A DNA stretch of 64,000 bases, taken from positions 24,118,001 to 24,182,000 of the forward strand of contig OX597827.1 in NCBI GenBank assembly GCA_951406725.2. The letters run 5' to 3'. The notes under the pieces were generated by a model, which was given only the letters and a program-made list of their open reading frames with translations, was not told the DNA's origin and did no database searches. The stretch is from Octopus vulgaris (Eukaryota). Positions 1-14,077 of the stretch are shown here, one piece after another; within the stretch, counting starts at the first letter, position 1, and each line of letters starts with the position of its first letter. The position numbers were made by a program, and so were the translations under genes.

Positions 1-279
1 TTGAGCCACCAAATTACACAGCCAATTAATTACATAATTAATTTTCAATTAATTTTGATAGTTCTGCTGTTGCTGGAGGGACAACGGCTGGAATCAATTG
101 AGTTTCTCGATCAACATCTTACACAGTGACTGCTACTACAGCATTGAAATCACAACCACAATGATACAGACACAACTACAGGGTTACAGACACCACTGCA
201 GCACTATAGACACCCCTACATCAATACAGATACTCCTTTTTGACATATTGAGCCAGGCATTTCCTTAATGGAAGTAGAG

Positions 280-760
280 ATGTGTCTATTTTCCAATGTA
301 CAACTTTGGTCTTTGCTAAGTTGACTTTGAGCCCTTTTCATTTCAGGATTTACTTCCACATTTGGAATTAGTTTTCTAAGTCTACTACAAATTCAGCCAT
401 AACAACATCGTCATCAGTGAAGAGTTCCCATGGTCTTAAACTTCACTGTAATGGTCTGGAGGACTATGATGAATAGGAGGGGATGGAGGACTGAGCCTTG
501 ATGGACTCCTACTTGTACTCTAAATTCATGATTGTACTCGTTAACTCAAATTTTGCTAACAATATCTCTGAACATGACTTTTATCACTTTCATAAGTCAA
601 TTAACTGTCTACCCCTAGCTTCCTCAGCTACCACCAGATTACAGGGCAAGGGTCTCTGTTGAAAGCTTTCCTCAGACTGACCAATGCTAAAAATGGAACC
701 TTACTTTTATCTATAGTTGTTTCACTAAGAAGAGAGCATTTGTAGTACTTTTCCTTGACA
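280..760 (-). mobile_element. Decayed RTE-clade LINE reverse transcriptase fragment
   Basis: Minus strand reads ...VGVHQGSVLHPLLFIIVL...WELF..DD with stops and frameshifts, matching RTE RT motifs. Confidence 0.6.
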
Positions 761-876
761 AAAAAGCCATATTGATTCATAAGATCAATATGGTCTTATT
801 TTTCAATGTTCTGATTGATCTCAGAATCCAACGAGCCAGTTGCCTGTACATTGTCACTGTCTTAGAAATATACACA

Positions 877-892
877 TTATTATTATTATTAA

Positions 893-937
<45 letters not shown>
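877..937. repeat. (TTA)n microsatellite
   Basis: Seen directly. Confidence 0.95.
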
Positions 938-1252
938 TCATGTGGATTCCCATCATGCCTTGATTGTGACTCCAAGATTACAACATGGTCATTCCGGTGT
1001 ATTCTGATTACAAGCTGTTTGTGGGCTGACAACAAAGCATCCAAAATTTTTCAGAATTCCACTGCATGTTGTTTTTCTTCAGCTCATTTACATGTTGTGT
1101 TCAAATGTTGCTCATCAAGGATTTTGACAGCTTGTAATACATTTGTATTGTCAGCGTGGCTGATTGTATGACTGAGAACATGTCAGAGAAAGCTACAACA
1201 AACAGTCCCAGTACAGTTCCTTGAAGGACTCTGCCAAAAACTAATGTTTCCC

Positions 1253-1254
<2 letters not shown>

Positions 1255-1314
<60 letters not shown>
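1255..1314. repeat. (GA)n microsatellite
   Basis: Seen directly. Confidence 0.95.
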
Positions 1315-1316
<2 letters not shown>

Positions 1317-2161
1317 ATGTTGGCTGTGACTGCTTGACTCCTTTCTTTTGAAGAGTCACAGAGCTTCTCCACTAGTTTTCCAACTATGCCAAGATCAAGC
1401 AGATTGACGCATATTGCGCGAGCAACTTTATCAGAAGCCTTTACAAGATTGACATATAACACACCTATACTTAGATAATTCGACTGTGGTGTCTGTATCC
1501 AGTTGTAATGCAGTAATAACAGTGTGTGTGTATGTGTGTGTGTGTAATAAATATATATATATACGTGTGTATGTATCTGAGCGTGTGTATGCATATATAT
1601 ATATATATACACACACACATATACAGATAAATATATCAAAACATGCACCTATGTGTGTATGTGAATGTATATATAAAAATATGTGTGTGTGTATATATAC
1701 ATATATATATATGCAGTTTGCATGAAACTATATATGTACATGTAGATAAACATTATTAATTTTGTTTTTAATTTCTTATAAATTGCATTGATTTGGCTTT
1801 ATAAAAAAATTAAAAGCATTTATATATAATATGCATGGATCTAAGTGTAGGAACTTTGTACGCTTTGAGCAATCCATTGTAGGTATGAAAAAAAACAACA
1901 TTCGGGAACAATAATAATTTATTAGTGTTGAAGGTTGGAGGCTTTTCCCATGAATAAACTGAAAAGAATGCAAATAAAAATCCAAATTGTGGGAATGGAG
2001 CAGGTAAAATTCCAGGTGACATATGCTTCCTACCTAGCAGATCCTCTGATGTAATAATTACTCAATGAGAGGTAATCAGTTAGCTTCTCATTAGGCAGGA
2101 AGAGACCTTAATTTTAGCCTAAAATGTAGCCTGAATTTTACCCCACCCCATACATATATAT

Positions 2162-2830
<669 letters not shown>

Positions 2831-3548
2831 ATAACAAAAGGCTGCACTAGTTTTTCTCACTACATTAAATTGTATAGAATAATGTGAACACAACAAAACA
2901 TCAGCACACACCCATACACACAAAACTACAGATTGGTTATGATTATGCAGTAATAATAATATAGCTGACTTAACACTAGCACACGACCTGTACTGGCACA
3001 CCAACACACCCTCATCAGACCAGCTCCTCCACCACCACCACCACCACTACTGCTGCTACTGCTGACAATGAGAAGTATGACAGCAACTTTGATAAAATAA
3101 TAATAAAGATATTTGATTAAACCGATGCAGACATGGCTGTGTGCTTAAGAGCTTTACTTCTCAATCACCTGGCTCTGAGTTCAGGCCCACTGTGTTGCAC
3201 CGTGAGCTTGTGTTGTCTTCTGTAACTTTAAGGCAACCAGTACCCTGCTAGACAGAGACTGTGCAAAAACCCATCATACACACACACACATACAGAATTT
3301 GAACTCAGAATATAAAGACAAGTGTTTTGCCCAGCATGCTGAGTACCGCCTGACTGGACCTCGTGCTGGTGGCACGTAAAAGCACTCACTACACTCTCGG
3401 AGTGGTTGGCATTAGGAAGGGCATCCAGCTGTAGAAACTCTGCAAGATCAGATTGGAGCCTGGTGCAGCCATCTGGCTCGCCAGTCCTCAGTCAAATAGT
3501 TCAACCCATACCAGCATGGTAAATGGACGTTAAATGATGATGATGATA

Positions 3549-3590
<42 letters not shown>

Positions 3591-4918
3591 AGGATAAGCA
3601 TATTAAAAGGGGTCTATAAGAAAACTCATTTAAATAAAAGGGGTCCTTGGTAGTGAAAAGGTTTAGAACCACTATATTAGGCCATTGAAATTGGCAATTA
3701 AAAAATTATGAGAAACACATATATTTTTTTTTTGCTTTCTGTAATAGGCACAAAAGGCCTGAAATTTGGTGGTGGAGATGGGGATAAGTCAATTACATCA
3801 ACCCTAGTACTCAACTGGTACTTATTTTATCAACCCTGAAAGAATGAAAAGCCAAGTCGACCTCGGCAGAATTTGAACTCAGAATGTAAAGACAGGCCTT
3901 TGCCCAGCATGCTAATCCTTTTGCCTGACATGTTTATGATTATCATTTTTTTTTTATTGTCATTATTATTACTTTATAACTTATTTTATTTCATAAAGTA
4001 ATTTTTTTTTTGCAATTGCTCTTCTGGTGTCTTTCCATCCATTTTTTTCCTGCTCTAAGAGAGTCAGTCTTCTTGATTGTCGTCATATGAGAGAATGTTC
4101 AAAGACAGAATATTTCCATTAGTCATCTTCCTATGAGACATCTGATCATGTGATCCTAACAGTCCCGAATTCAGGAATGCTGAATTAGAAATATCCTGCT
4201 TTCAAATACATTCCGCTTTTTTATTTTCTGTTGTTTTCTGGGTTTCTTTTTTTTTTCTTTTTGCTCTTGTATAATGGTTGACATTGTTTTTGCATCCATT
4301 CTGTTGCTGCAATTAACTCTTTCAACACTATTCCAATTACTATTACCATCATCATCATCCCCACCAGCAACAACTTCATCATTGCCGCTGCCTTCACCTT
4401 CACCACCATCATCCTCCCCTTGAAATATTATCCAGCATCATCTTCATCATCATTTAAGATCCTTTTCCCCTGCTGGCATGGGTTGGGTAGTTTGACAGGA
4501 TCTGATGAGTCAGAGCACTGTATTATGTTCTGCTGCCTGTCCTGGGATGCATTCTGCAGCCAGATGCCCTTCCTAATGCCAGCCACTTTACAGACTGCAC
4601 CAAGTGCTCTTTATGTGGCACCAGCACTTCTGAGCTCACCAAGGAACTTGCAATGACACACACCCCTCAATTGAGAGGGAGAGTAGCACCGAGGGAGGTG
4701 GGTGTATGCCAGGTGTTGAGAACTGAAATTATGATAGAATGACAGGTACAAATGCCTTGCCGTATGGGAAATACATGATTACCCCAGCTGGAAAGGGAGA
4801 AAGGATTGTGATGATGAGGTATCGGGGTAGAACCTCAAATGAACAGGGAAGTGAAGAGAGAACACAGATAGAGGATTGGAAAGAGTGGGTAGAGAGGTAG
4901 GTAATGAAATACAAATGC

Positions 4919-4975
<57 letters not shown>

Positions 4976-4977
4976 TA

Positions 4978-5813
4978 CAGGGTGTAATGGGTAAATTGTT
5001 GCCAATTTATATTTTTTATTTCATGCATGCGCATTGTTTGTTTTTTATTTTGACAGCTACACAGTATAGTAAGATCAGTTGGGCACCATCTGTGAGGAAA
5101 ACAGCACCATGACACAATTCACTCTGACACAAATTTGGAAATGACATGCTGTACTGCTTGGAATTTATGTCGGGAGCTCCAATACGAACATTTCATAGTG
5201 TTTGGGTGGCAATCTGAGGACAATGCATGTACCAAGAGTGATAAAAATCAAATATCCAGTCATGGTGTTTGGAGTGATCACTAGTGACAGTGACGTTATG
5301 CCTCCATTCATCTTCTCACATGGCCTCACGCTCAACATTAAGTGCCTGGAGGAAATAGTGCTACCCTGGGTGAAGAAGATGGCTGCTGGAAGACCCTATG
5401 TCTGCCACACAAGCAGGAGAACCCAGTCATAGCTGTCAGATATTTTCTGTGACCACACCACTGCTAATATCTGACCACCTAACTCCCCAGACTGCAATCC
5501 CGTGATTATTATGAGTAGGGTACAGTTGAGTGAGAGACCAACAAAACTCCTTGTAACACCAAAGATGAACTGAAGGCAAGGATTATGGCAACATTCACCA
5601 ACTTAAACAAGGTGACCATCCAGAAGAGTTGCAGGAGATTCCAAAGTTGTCTGGATGCTGTGGGTTGAAGTCATTGGCGATTTTATTGGATAAATTTACT
5701 CTTTAGTATTTCAAGATATCTTTATGTAATTTTGGTAAATATATCTGTTAAGATGAGATGTCAATGTTATTTTCCTTTTTGCTTAATTTAGACATCAGTA
5801 TATTCACTGCACC

Positions 5814-5818
<5 letters not shown>
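4978..5818 (+). mobile_element. Internally deleted Tc1/mariner (maT/DD37D-like) relic
   Basis: Starts TA|CAGGGTG, ends in decayed CACCATG|TA. Broken translation gives VMVFGVITSD..VMPPF, PPNSPDCNP and NTKDELKARI motifs. Confidence 0.75.
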
Positions 5819-5844
<26 letters not shown>

Positions 5845-5847
<3 letters not shown>

Positions 5848-6620
5848 TCATCATTGTTTAATATATGTTTTCCATGCTGGCATGGGTTGGATGGTTTGAC
5901 TGGTGACTGGTAAGCCAGGAGGCTGCTCCAGGCTCCAATCTGATCTGGCAATGTTTATACAGCTGGATGCCCTTCCTAATGCCAACCACTCAGAGTCTAG
6001 TGGGTGCTTTTTACGTGCAAGCAGCACAGGAGCCAGTCAGGCGGCACTGGCATTGACCCCATTTGGATGGTGCTTTTTACGTGCTACCAGCACAGGAGCC
6101 AGTCGGGGTAGTGGGGCTGGCATCGACTACATTTGGATGGTGCTCTTTACGTAGCACCGGCATGGGGAGCCAGTCAGGCGGTACTGGCAACAACCCATGC
6201 ACGAATAGTGCTTATTGCGTGCCACCAGCATAAGAGCCAGTCAGATGGCACAGGTATCGGTCACAACTACAATTTCCATTTTTGATTGTGATTTTACTTC
6301 ACTCAATAGGTCTTCTCAAGTGCAGCGTATCACCTGATGATTCAAGGCTACTTTTAAATGGGTTGGTTATGTGACACCGGATTAAGCTACGGCTGTGATC
6401 TCACTTTACTTGCTGGGTGTTCTCAATCACAGCATATCTCCAGAGGTCTCAGTCTCGTGTCATTGCCACTGTGAGGCCCAATGTTTGAAGGTCATGCTTC
6501 ACCACCTCATCCCATATATTCCTGTGTCTATCTCTTCCATGGGTTCCTTCCACTATTAGGGAGTGACACTTCTTCGCCAGCACAGTCATCTCTCTTGCAT
6601 ACCACATCTGATGCTTCTTA
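5845..6620 (-). mobile_element. RTE LINE 3' end with (GAT)n tail and internal sub-repeats
   Basis: C-terminal motif like GR.R..WDEVVKHDL, followed by the shared tail. Confidence 0.75.
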
Positions 6621-6638
6621 TGTATACATATATATATG

Positions 6639-6708
<70 letters not shown>

Positions 6709-7111
6709 CACATATATATATGTATGCGTATGGGCAGATCGTATTTCTTTGCTCTCTCCACATTCCTTCACCCTGCTCTTATTTTATATCTTCTTCTTTA
6801 TTTCCCCCGCTCATCAAGTTTGGTGTTTAAAGCATTTAGTGTTGATCCAACAAATTTGAGTTCACTTCTCCCACCTATATGGGAAGCACTTTGAAAGAAG
6901 TTCTACAAGATGGTCAATCTTTGGATCGGAATTTGTATCATAATTGATTTTATATACATATTTGTGTGTGTGAGTGCATGCATGTATGTGTTATGTATGC
7001 ATACACACATATATATATATAGTGAGAATTTACAAAAAAATAAACAAAAGACAAAGACGGGTGTATAAACAACAAACAGGTGTATTAGTTTAATGCTTGG
7101 GAAGTGAGAAA

Positions 7112-7150
7112 GTCTTTTACATTTCGATCCCATGTTCTTCAACATAAAGG
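7112..7150 (-). ncRNA. Degenerate Penelope-type hammerhead motif
   Basis: Minus strand TTGAAGA-ACATGGGATC-GAAA-TG-TA-AAAG. The core is recognisable only by assuming C>T decay. Confidence 0.35.
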
Positions 7151-7499
7151 AACACAGAAATAAGCAGACAGAGGAAATAATATATATATATATATATATA
7201 CACATACATATATATGTACATATGTATACGTGTGTGTGTGTGTGTCGCCAACCGATTGAGGTCGCTGCCAGCCCCCTCTGGCCCCTGTGCTGGTGGCACA
7301 TAAAAAGCACCCACTACACTCATGGAGTGGTTGGGGTTAGGAAGGGCATCCAGCTGTAGAAAAACTGCCAGATCAGACTGGAGCCTGGTGCAGCCTCCTG
7401 GCTTCCCAGACCCCAGTCAAGCTGCCCAACCTATGCCAGCAAGGAAAAGGAACGTTAAACGATGATGGTGATTATATATATATATATACTTTACTTACT

Positions 7500-7906
7500 T
7501 ACTTACTTTACTTTTACTTTTTTCAGTCATTTGACTGCGGCCATGCTGGAGCACCGCCTTTAGTCGAGCAAATCGACCCCGGGACTTATTCTTTGTAAGC
7601 CCAGTACTTATTCTATTGGTCTCTTTTTGCCGAACCGCTAAGTGACGGGGACGTAAACACACCAGCATCGGTTGTCAAGCAATGCTAGAGGGACAAACAC
7701 AGACACACAAACACACAAACACATATATATATATACATACATACGACAGGCTTCTTTCAGTTTCCGTCTACCAAATCCACTCACAAGGCTTTGGTCGGCC
7801 CGAGGCTATAGTAGAATCCATTTGCCCAAGACGCCACACAGTGGGACTGAACCCGGAACCATGTAGTTCATAAGCAAGCTACTTACCACACAGCCACTCC
7901 TGTGCC
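7500..7906 (-). mobile_element. tRNA-headed SINE, family A
   Basis: A-box TGGCTGTGTGG and B-box GGTTCAGTCCC. Homologous copies at about 9335-9683, 23798-24157, 29110-29453 and 37660-38003. Confidence 0.8.
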
Positions 7907-9491
7907 TATATATGTAGATAGATTTTTTTCTTAACTTCTCTTAGGCATTAGATTGTGGTCATGCTTGTCTCTTCCAACCAACCCCTACCCCCGCAGTCCA
8001 ACGCTATTTTGTCATCTCTCTCTCTCCTGTCCTCCTTCTACAATCCAGCTGCTCCTGTATTTCCCCATATTCACCACTAATTACATTCCCCTCCTCCTTC
8101 CCAGTCCCCTAATCTCTTTTTGCACTCTCCTGAACTACCGTTCTCCCTCACCCTATTCCAGGGGTTGCCAGACTTTTTCAACCATCAACCGCCTTTAGCC
8201 ACTTCTTCTACACCGACCACCCTCCTCATTTAAGATATCTAAATACCTTACCATACCATTTCTTAAATGTGTACCAGGTACTGATGCTGGCAATCAAAAT
8301 GTTAGCTAAAATATCCAGGTACGACAAATTAAGAAATTCTATTGAAGATGACTCACTTTTTACGTTTAAAACTACAAGTATAAAGTTTTAAACTTTCAAT
8401 TTTTATGAAATTGTTTTCATGGTTAGAAAATGTGCAAAATGCATCGTATTGCTGGAATATCTTTTATTGAAATTGGCAACATCAATGTGAGGGATGAGCA
8501 TGGTGATCCTGAATCAAGGCATTGATATCAGGCTGAATGTCAATCAGTTTCAATCTCAAATCACCTCGTTCCTCCACATTCAGGCAATTTCTGTAAGCAA
8601 ACACTCGACAGTCCACATACCCTCTGTCACACCTCTCAATCTTCGATTACGATACAGATTATGACATCAGGCCTTGAATGTTAGCAACTGCAGATTTCTC
8701 GCTGCAGTGGAAATCTATCATGTTTCTCCACATTTCATGCTGCTGGCTAAGTATATCAAGCAGTTCATCTGGGGGAGCTGGTCTTTTGCATGCCAACCCC
8801 CATTCAACCCCTGGCTATCATCAACACCCTGTAATTTCTTATGGACCCCCTATCCAGTCTCCTTACATTCACCTCCCTGTACCTTGAGGGTATGCCTTGG
8901 CACATCAACACCATCTCTCTCTCTGACCAGGACAGCCATGTATCTCCTCCACAGCAAGATGCCTATTTTTGTTCTTTCATACTCTAACCTCTTATCCTCC
9001 ACCCCTCACCTCCTTCAATACGACTCCCAGGCTCATTCGTTGGGGTCTTTGTCTTGCACCTTACTCAGTGACCTCACCAGTGCTGGTGCCATGTTAAAAG
9101 TACCCAGTACACACTGGACAGTAGTTAGTATTGAGAAGGGCATCCAACTATGGAAACCATATCAAAGCAGATAGTAGAGCTTGGTGCAGTCATGGTCTAC
9201 TGGCCAGCTCCTGTCAAAAGCATCCAACCCATGCTGGTATGGAAAATGGTTGTTAAATGGTCATGATGATGATGGGGAAGAGATGATGTATGTATTTATG
9301 AGTGTATGTGTATGTATGTATGTATATATATTCTTTTACTTGTTTCACTCATCAATCGCAGGACTTATTCTTTGTAAGCTCAGTACTTATTCTATCAGTT
9401 ACTTTTACCAAACTGCTAAGTTACGGGGGACGTAAACACATCAACATCAGTTGTCAAGAGATGGTGGGGGGACAAACACAAACAGACAGAC

Positions 9492-9538
<47 letters not shown>

Positions 9539-10398
9539 GCTTCTTTTCAGTTTCCATCTACCAAATCCACTCACAGCCCGAGGCTATAATAGAAGACACT
9601 TTCCCAAGGTACCACGCAGTGGGACTGAACCCAGAATCATGTGGTTAGGAAGCAGGCTTCTTACCACACAGCCATGCTGCACCTATAATTGAATAAAAAA
9701 TGCCAACGGCCCTTCAGCAACAACACACCCTGATAAGCTCAGTGACTATTACTAATTTCAGGCCATATAAGAGAGAGAATGTTCTTGAAGCCGAGGAGTT
9801 TAAACTTATGGAGACAATATTTACATATTGCCTGAGGAAACACAACTTGATCTCATAATGCAGGGAACAGTTGCATAATCAAGTACTTGCACACCTGTAG
9901 AATTATGTTGCATGGAAACAATTGTAGTGATTAAAAAATGAATGTCACCCCTTCTTGTTGACTCCAATTTTTTCGCTTATATATTCACACATGACAGATG
10001 CCCAAACATAAACCTGGAAGTATGTATAATACTACTACTGGATAACTCAGGGTAAATCTGAGGGTGGCTGAGGTTTATACTGTACTCTACTACGTTCTTA
10101 ACATACCATAACTATATATATATATATATAAATTAGAAAAAAAACACCTTTTATCAATTCAAAATGAACAATTAAATTACACCATCTAGAAAATTACATA
10201 TAATAGAAATATTAAAATTAAAATAACAATAAAATATCAATAATTAAGTAAATTGCAAAAAAAATAATAAAAACGTATATAATTGGTATATATTGTGTGA
10301 AATTTGATTTAGTATTTCTAAATTGAATTTTTTTCCCTGTAAATTTGGATTAATATTCCCTCAAATAATTAATATATATATATATATATACACACACA

Positions 10399-11565
10399 CA
10401 GGGTATGTTAGGTATTTGAGGACATACCTTTATTGGTTCATTGCTGCATTTTTTGCTAACTGTGTATAATATTTGTTTCAGAAAATTATAATGGCACACC
10501 CTCAGCTTACTCAAGAAATGAAGAGGCATGCTGTTATTGTGGTTATAAAGGCTGAGCATAGGGATTTAGAAATATCTCAATTTTTAAAAGTTGCTAGATC
10601 TTTCATCTACAAAGTTTGTAAGGAGCTAGAGACTGAAGATGGAAATGTTTCACTAGTATCAAAGCATAAAAAGCATTCTAAATGCTCCAAAATCATCAGA
10701 ACACCTAAATTTATCCAACAAGTTCAACATATCATTGATTACAATCCCAGAAAGTCCATGAGATCAATTGCAATAGAACTCCATGTGTCAGAAGAAACAG
10801 TCAGAAACGTTGTTCACGAAGATATCAGATATAAGTCTTATATGATGAGGAAAGGCCAATTTGTCAGAGAAAGCAAAGAAAATTACTACATCAGATCTAA
10901 AACTGAAAAATCCAGCAGAAGAAGAACTGATTTGGTTTTTACTCAAACAAGGAAAACTTCAACCAATACCAAAATGTTAACATAAGAAATGACAGTTGGT
11001 TATGTGCAGACCTTTCTGAAGTTCCAAGTGTTATGCATACAAACTTTTCTGCAACTGTCATGGTTTTAAAGGTTGTCAGCACTGAAGGACATGTGATGCC
11101 TTCTTACTTCTTTCCACAAGGCCTTAGATTTAACTCTGCTGTCTATATTGAGGTCCTGGAAATAATTGTTAATCCCTGGATAGACAGTGTATGCAATGGA
11201 AAGCATTATGTGTCTCAGTAAAACTCTGCACTATTACACATGGCTCTAGTAACAAAGGAATGGATGGCTGAAAATTTTCATGATCACATAACCCCTATCA
11301 TTTGGCCTCCTAATTCCCCAAATCTCAATCCATTAAACTATTACATGTGGAGCGTTGTTGAGAGACAGAGGTCAATGAACATGCCCATAACACCAAAGAT
11401 TCTTTGAAAGCTGCTATAGTCAGAGTAATGTCCAAAATGAACCAGGACCACTTGATTCGAGCATGTAGATGATCTAGATCTCATATAGAAGCAGTTGTTG
11501 AAGCTGAAGGTGGCTTTATTGAATAACATTATAGAAAAGAAGGTTTATTTTTATCCTCACAGCAT
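10399..11565 (+). mobile_element. Tc1/mariner (maT/DD37D-like) transposon relic with frameshifted transposase
   Basis: ORFs 10473-10985 (HTH region, NPRKSMRSIA.ELHVSE.TVRNVV) and 11033-11221, then WPPNSPNLNPLNYY and EAEGGFIE* near 11526. Flanked by dinucleotide tracts. Confidence 0.85.
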
Positions 11566-11580
11566 ATATATATATATACA

Positions 11581-12050
11581 CAAATTCTATAATTATGTGC
11601 ATAATTATAATTAGGGTTCATAAAAATTTGCTTCACCACATACTGAAATTTAGAAATAGCAGTTAAAAAACTATTCCACTTCCATAAGATATCTCCCAGA
11701 CAGCAGTACTTTACTACTCATGCAGGCTATTCGATGGCGCTTGGTTGAGTATGTATGTTAATTATCAGTGCTCTCAAATAAAAAATTTGAAATACTGTAC
11801 TGAGGAAGGGAATAAGTAAGAAGAAATATGATTTTACATCTCTTTAACCCCGAAACGCGTATACAGTTAAAGCCGAGTGGATTCGTTATTTTTTCTCTTT
11901 ACCTGTGTGAGTTGCAGAGTATTACTGTCTGGGAGATATCTTACGGTGGTAGAATAGTATTTTAACTGCTATTTTCTAAATTTCGGTATGTGGTGAAGCA
12001 AATTTTGCTGAACCCTAATTATAATTATACTTATAATTATAGAATTTTTG
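11581..12050. repeat. About 130-bp inverted repeat arms (11581-11710 and 11918-12050) around a hammerhead; Penelope-like pLTR remnant
   Basis: Arms are reverse complements, e.g. AAGATATCTCCCAGACAG and CTGTCTGGGAGATATCTT. Confidence 0.8.
11794..11867 (+). ncRNA. Type I hammerhead ribozyme (Penelope-type), intact core
   Basis: ACTGTA-CTGAGGA-A-GGG...CCC-GAAA-CGCG-TA-TACAGT: 6-bp stem I, palindromic stem III ACGCGT, GUA cleavage triplet. Confidence 0.8.
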
Positions 12051-12158
12051 TATAAGCTTACTGATAATGGTTCTTTTAATATGTAGAACTACTTGGTAAA
12101 ATTATTAATTATTAATTGATTAATTAATTTTACCCTTTGTTATTATTATTATCATCAT

Positions 12159-12205
<47 letters not shown>

Positions 12206-12632
12206 GGAGTAAACACATAAATGTGAAACAAGGTGGAAAAAAAGAGTACTCAAATACCGGAGGTAGAGTAATATGCTATATTTAAAAGCAGCAGAAATTT
12301 AATTTCTGGTGCTTTTAAATAAAGTATATATATATATATATAACAGATATCCACTCCATTTGGACTCAACAGAACAGGAGGAGACGCTTGAGATGAGGAG
12401 TCACTGAAGAGGTCACAGGAGGTGTGATGAAAGATTTCGAAATAAAGGTCATAAAAGAAGAAAAGTAATAAATCTGAAATGAAGAATGTATATATATAGT
12501 GAGAGTATCTATTTTTTTTTAAAAAAGAAAGACCATCTCCAAATACAACAGCATATATATATATATAACAATATGTGTGTGTGTACATTATTTACATTTG
12601 ACGGTTTATTTGTTCTCATCTTGTTTGTTGTT

Positions 12633-12678
12633 AACACAACATTTTGGCTGATATACCCTCCAGCCTTCATCAGGTGTC
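12633..12678 (-). ncRNA. Decayed Penelope-type hammerhead
   Basis: Minus strand GACAC-CTGATGA-A-GGCTG(GAGGGTATAT)CAGCC-AAAA-TG-TT-GTGTT. GAAAC has become AAAAT. Confidence 0.6.
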
Positions 12679-13359
12679 TTGGGGAAATTTTGAACCTGGG
12701 TTCTCATTCCTAAAGTATTTTTTTATGTTATTATTATTATTATTGTATGTATGTGTGTGTGTGTTTGTGTTTGATTAAGTCTTTGGCCAAATTCCATGCT
12801 GCATTTGCCTATGTAAAACAAAACCCTGACTTGGTAGACTTCTAAGGATTTGAAACAGAAAACCTATCTGATACAGGTTGATGTAATAAGTGGTTATGCT
12901 AGAAATGGAGTCAACAACCACTGTGTGTGTGTGTATGTATAAACAGTTCAACATCGATAAAACACATTAATCCCCACTAATCCATGTCTGATCATTCTCT
13001 GATCTCTTATCTATAAGGTAAAAAAGATTATCCGTTATTGTCATAGTTATTGTGGCATTAACCAAATAATCGTGGTTTAATGAAACAGTTGTCTTCATTT
13101 GATCTCTGAGGTAACAAAGAGTTTTAGCTCCTATTTTGTTGTTTGCTTAAAAATGCCAATATAGGTCATGGTGGAGGAGGAGGAGAAGGAGGTAGGAGTA
13201 AGTTGATCAGGTTGAAAAACAACTTCTTAGATATGTGCATACGTGTATGTACACACAAAAACACACACACACACATATGTATATGTGTTTATTTATGTAT
13301 ATAGCTAGAGTATTTACCTCTTATGTTCATTTTCTTATAGAACACTGATATACATACAA

Positions 13360-13416
<57 letters not shown>

Positions 13417-13770
13417 AAATGAGATAGGGGTTGAAAATTCAACCCACCATGGGATAACATATATCCAATATACTGCTAGATAGGTACCCAACAAGACTAA
13501 TACATAGATGTTAAAAATTGCCAAACAATCAGTTCATCTTTTGTATTATATGGGTAAAGGTAATAATATTACCGTAAATTAATACTACAAAATTAGAAAA
13601 TGGAGAAACATACTTAAATCAATAAAACATCAACTATCAGATGATACCCAATCAATACTTTATTACACCATTACATATCAGTAAAGGCATTATACAAAAT
13701 ATACAGTAAAGGTAAATAGACAAAGAGATATAAGTATAAAATTTCAAATATAATATGTAATTAAATCATA

Positions 13771-13880
13771 TCTGACAGCTGTTTCGGCAGCAAGGGCAGT
13801 CATACCTCATTTAACCTATAAGCCATAAAGGCAGGTATAAATGAGGCATTAACAAGGATGCCCCACGGCCTCTTCAGAGA
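13771..13880 (-). ncRNA. Type I hammerhead ribozyme with long (about 85 nt) stem II
   Basis: Minus strand TCT-CTGAAGA-GGC...GCC-GAAA-CAGCTG-TC-AGA, with inner helix ATGCCTCATTTA/TAAATGAGGTAT and a GUC triplet. Confidence 0.8.
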
Positions 13881-14077
13881 ATTAAATTTGTTATAATTGT
13901 GAAAAAATTATTTTTCCATATACATATAAATATAAAAATGTAAAATATAAAAACTTATGCATAAACTTCATAATGCTACACTTGTATAATATAATACTCA
14001 TTGGTACAATAATGCAAGGTAAACAAAACAAAATAAAACAAAATATATATCAGTGTATATATTAATATTAATAAGCA

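Noticed and set aside
8230-8900. Possible Penelope GIY-YIG endonuclease remnant
   Set aside because: Too decayed to support by eye; needs a frameshift-tolerant HMM search.
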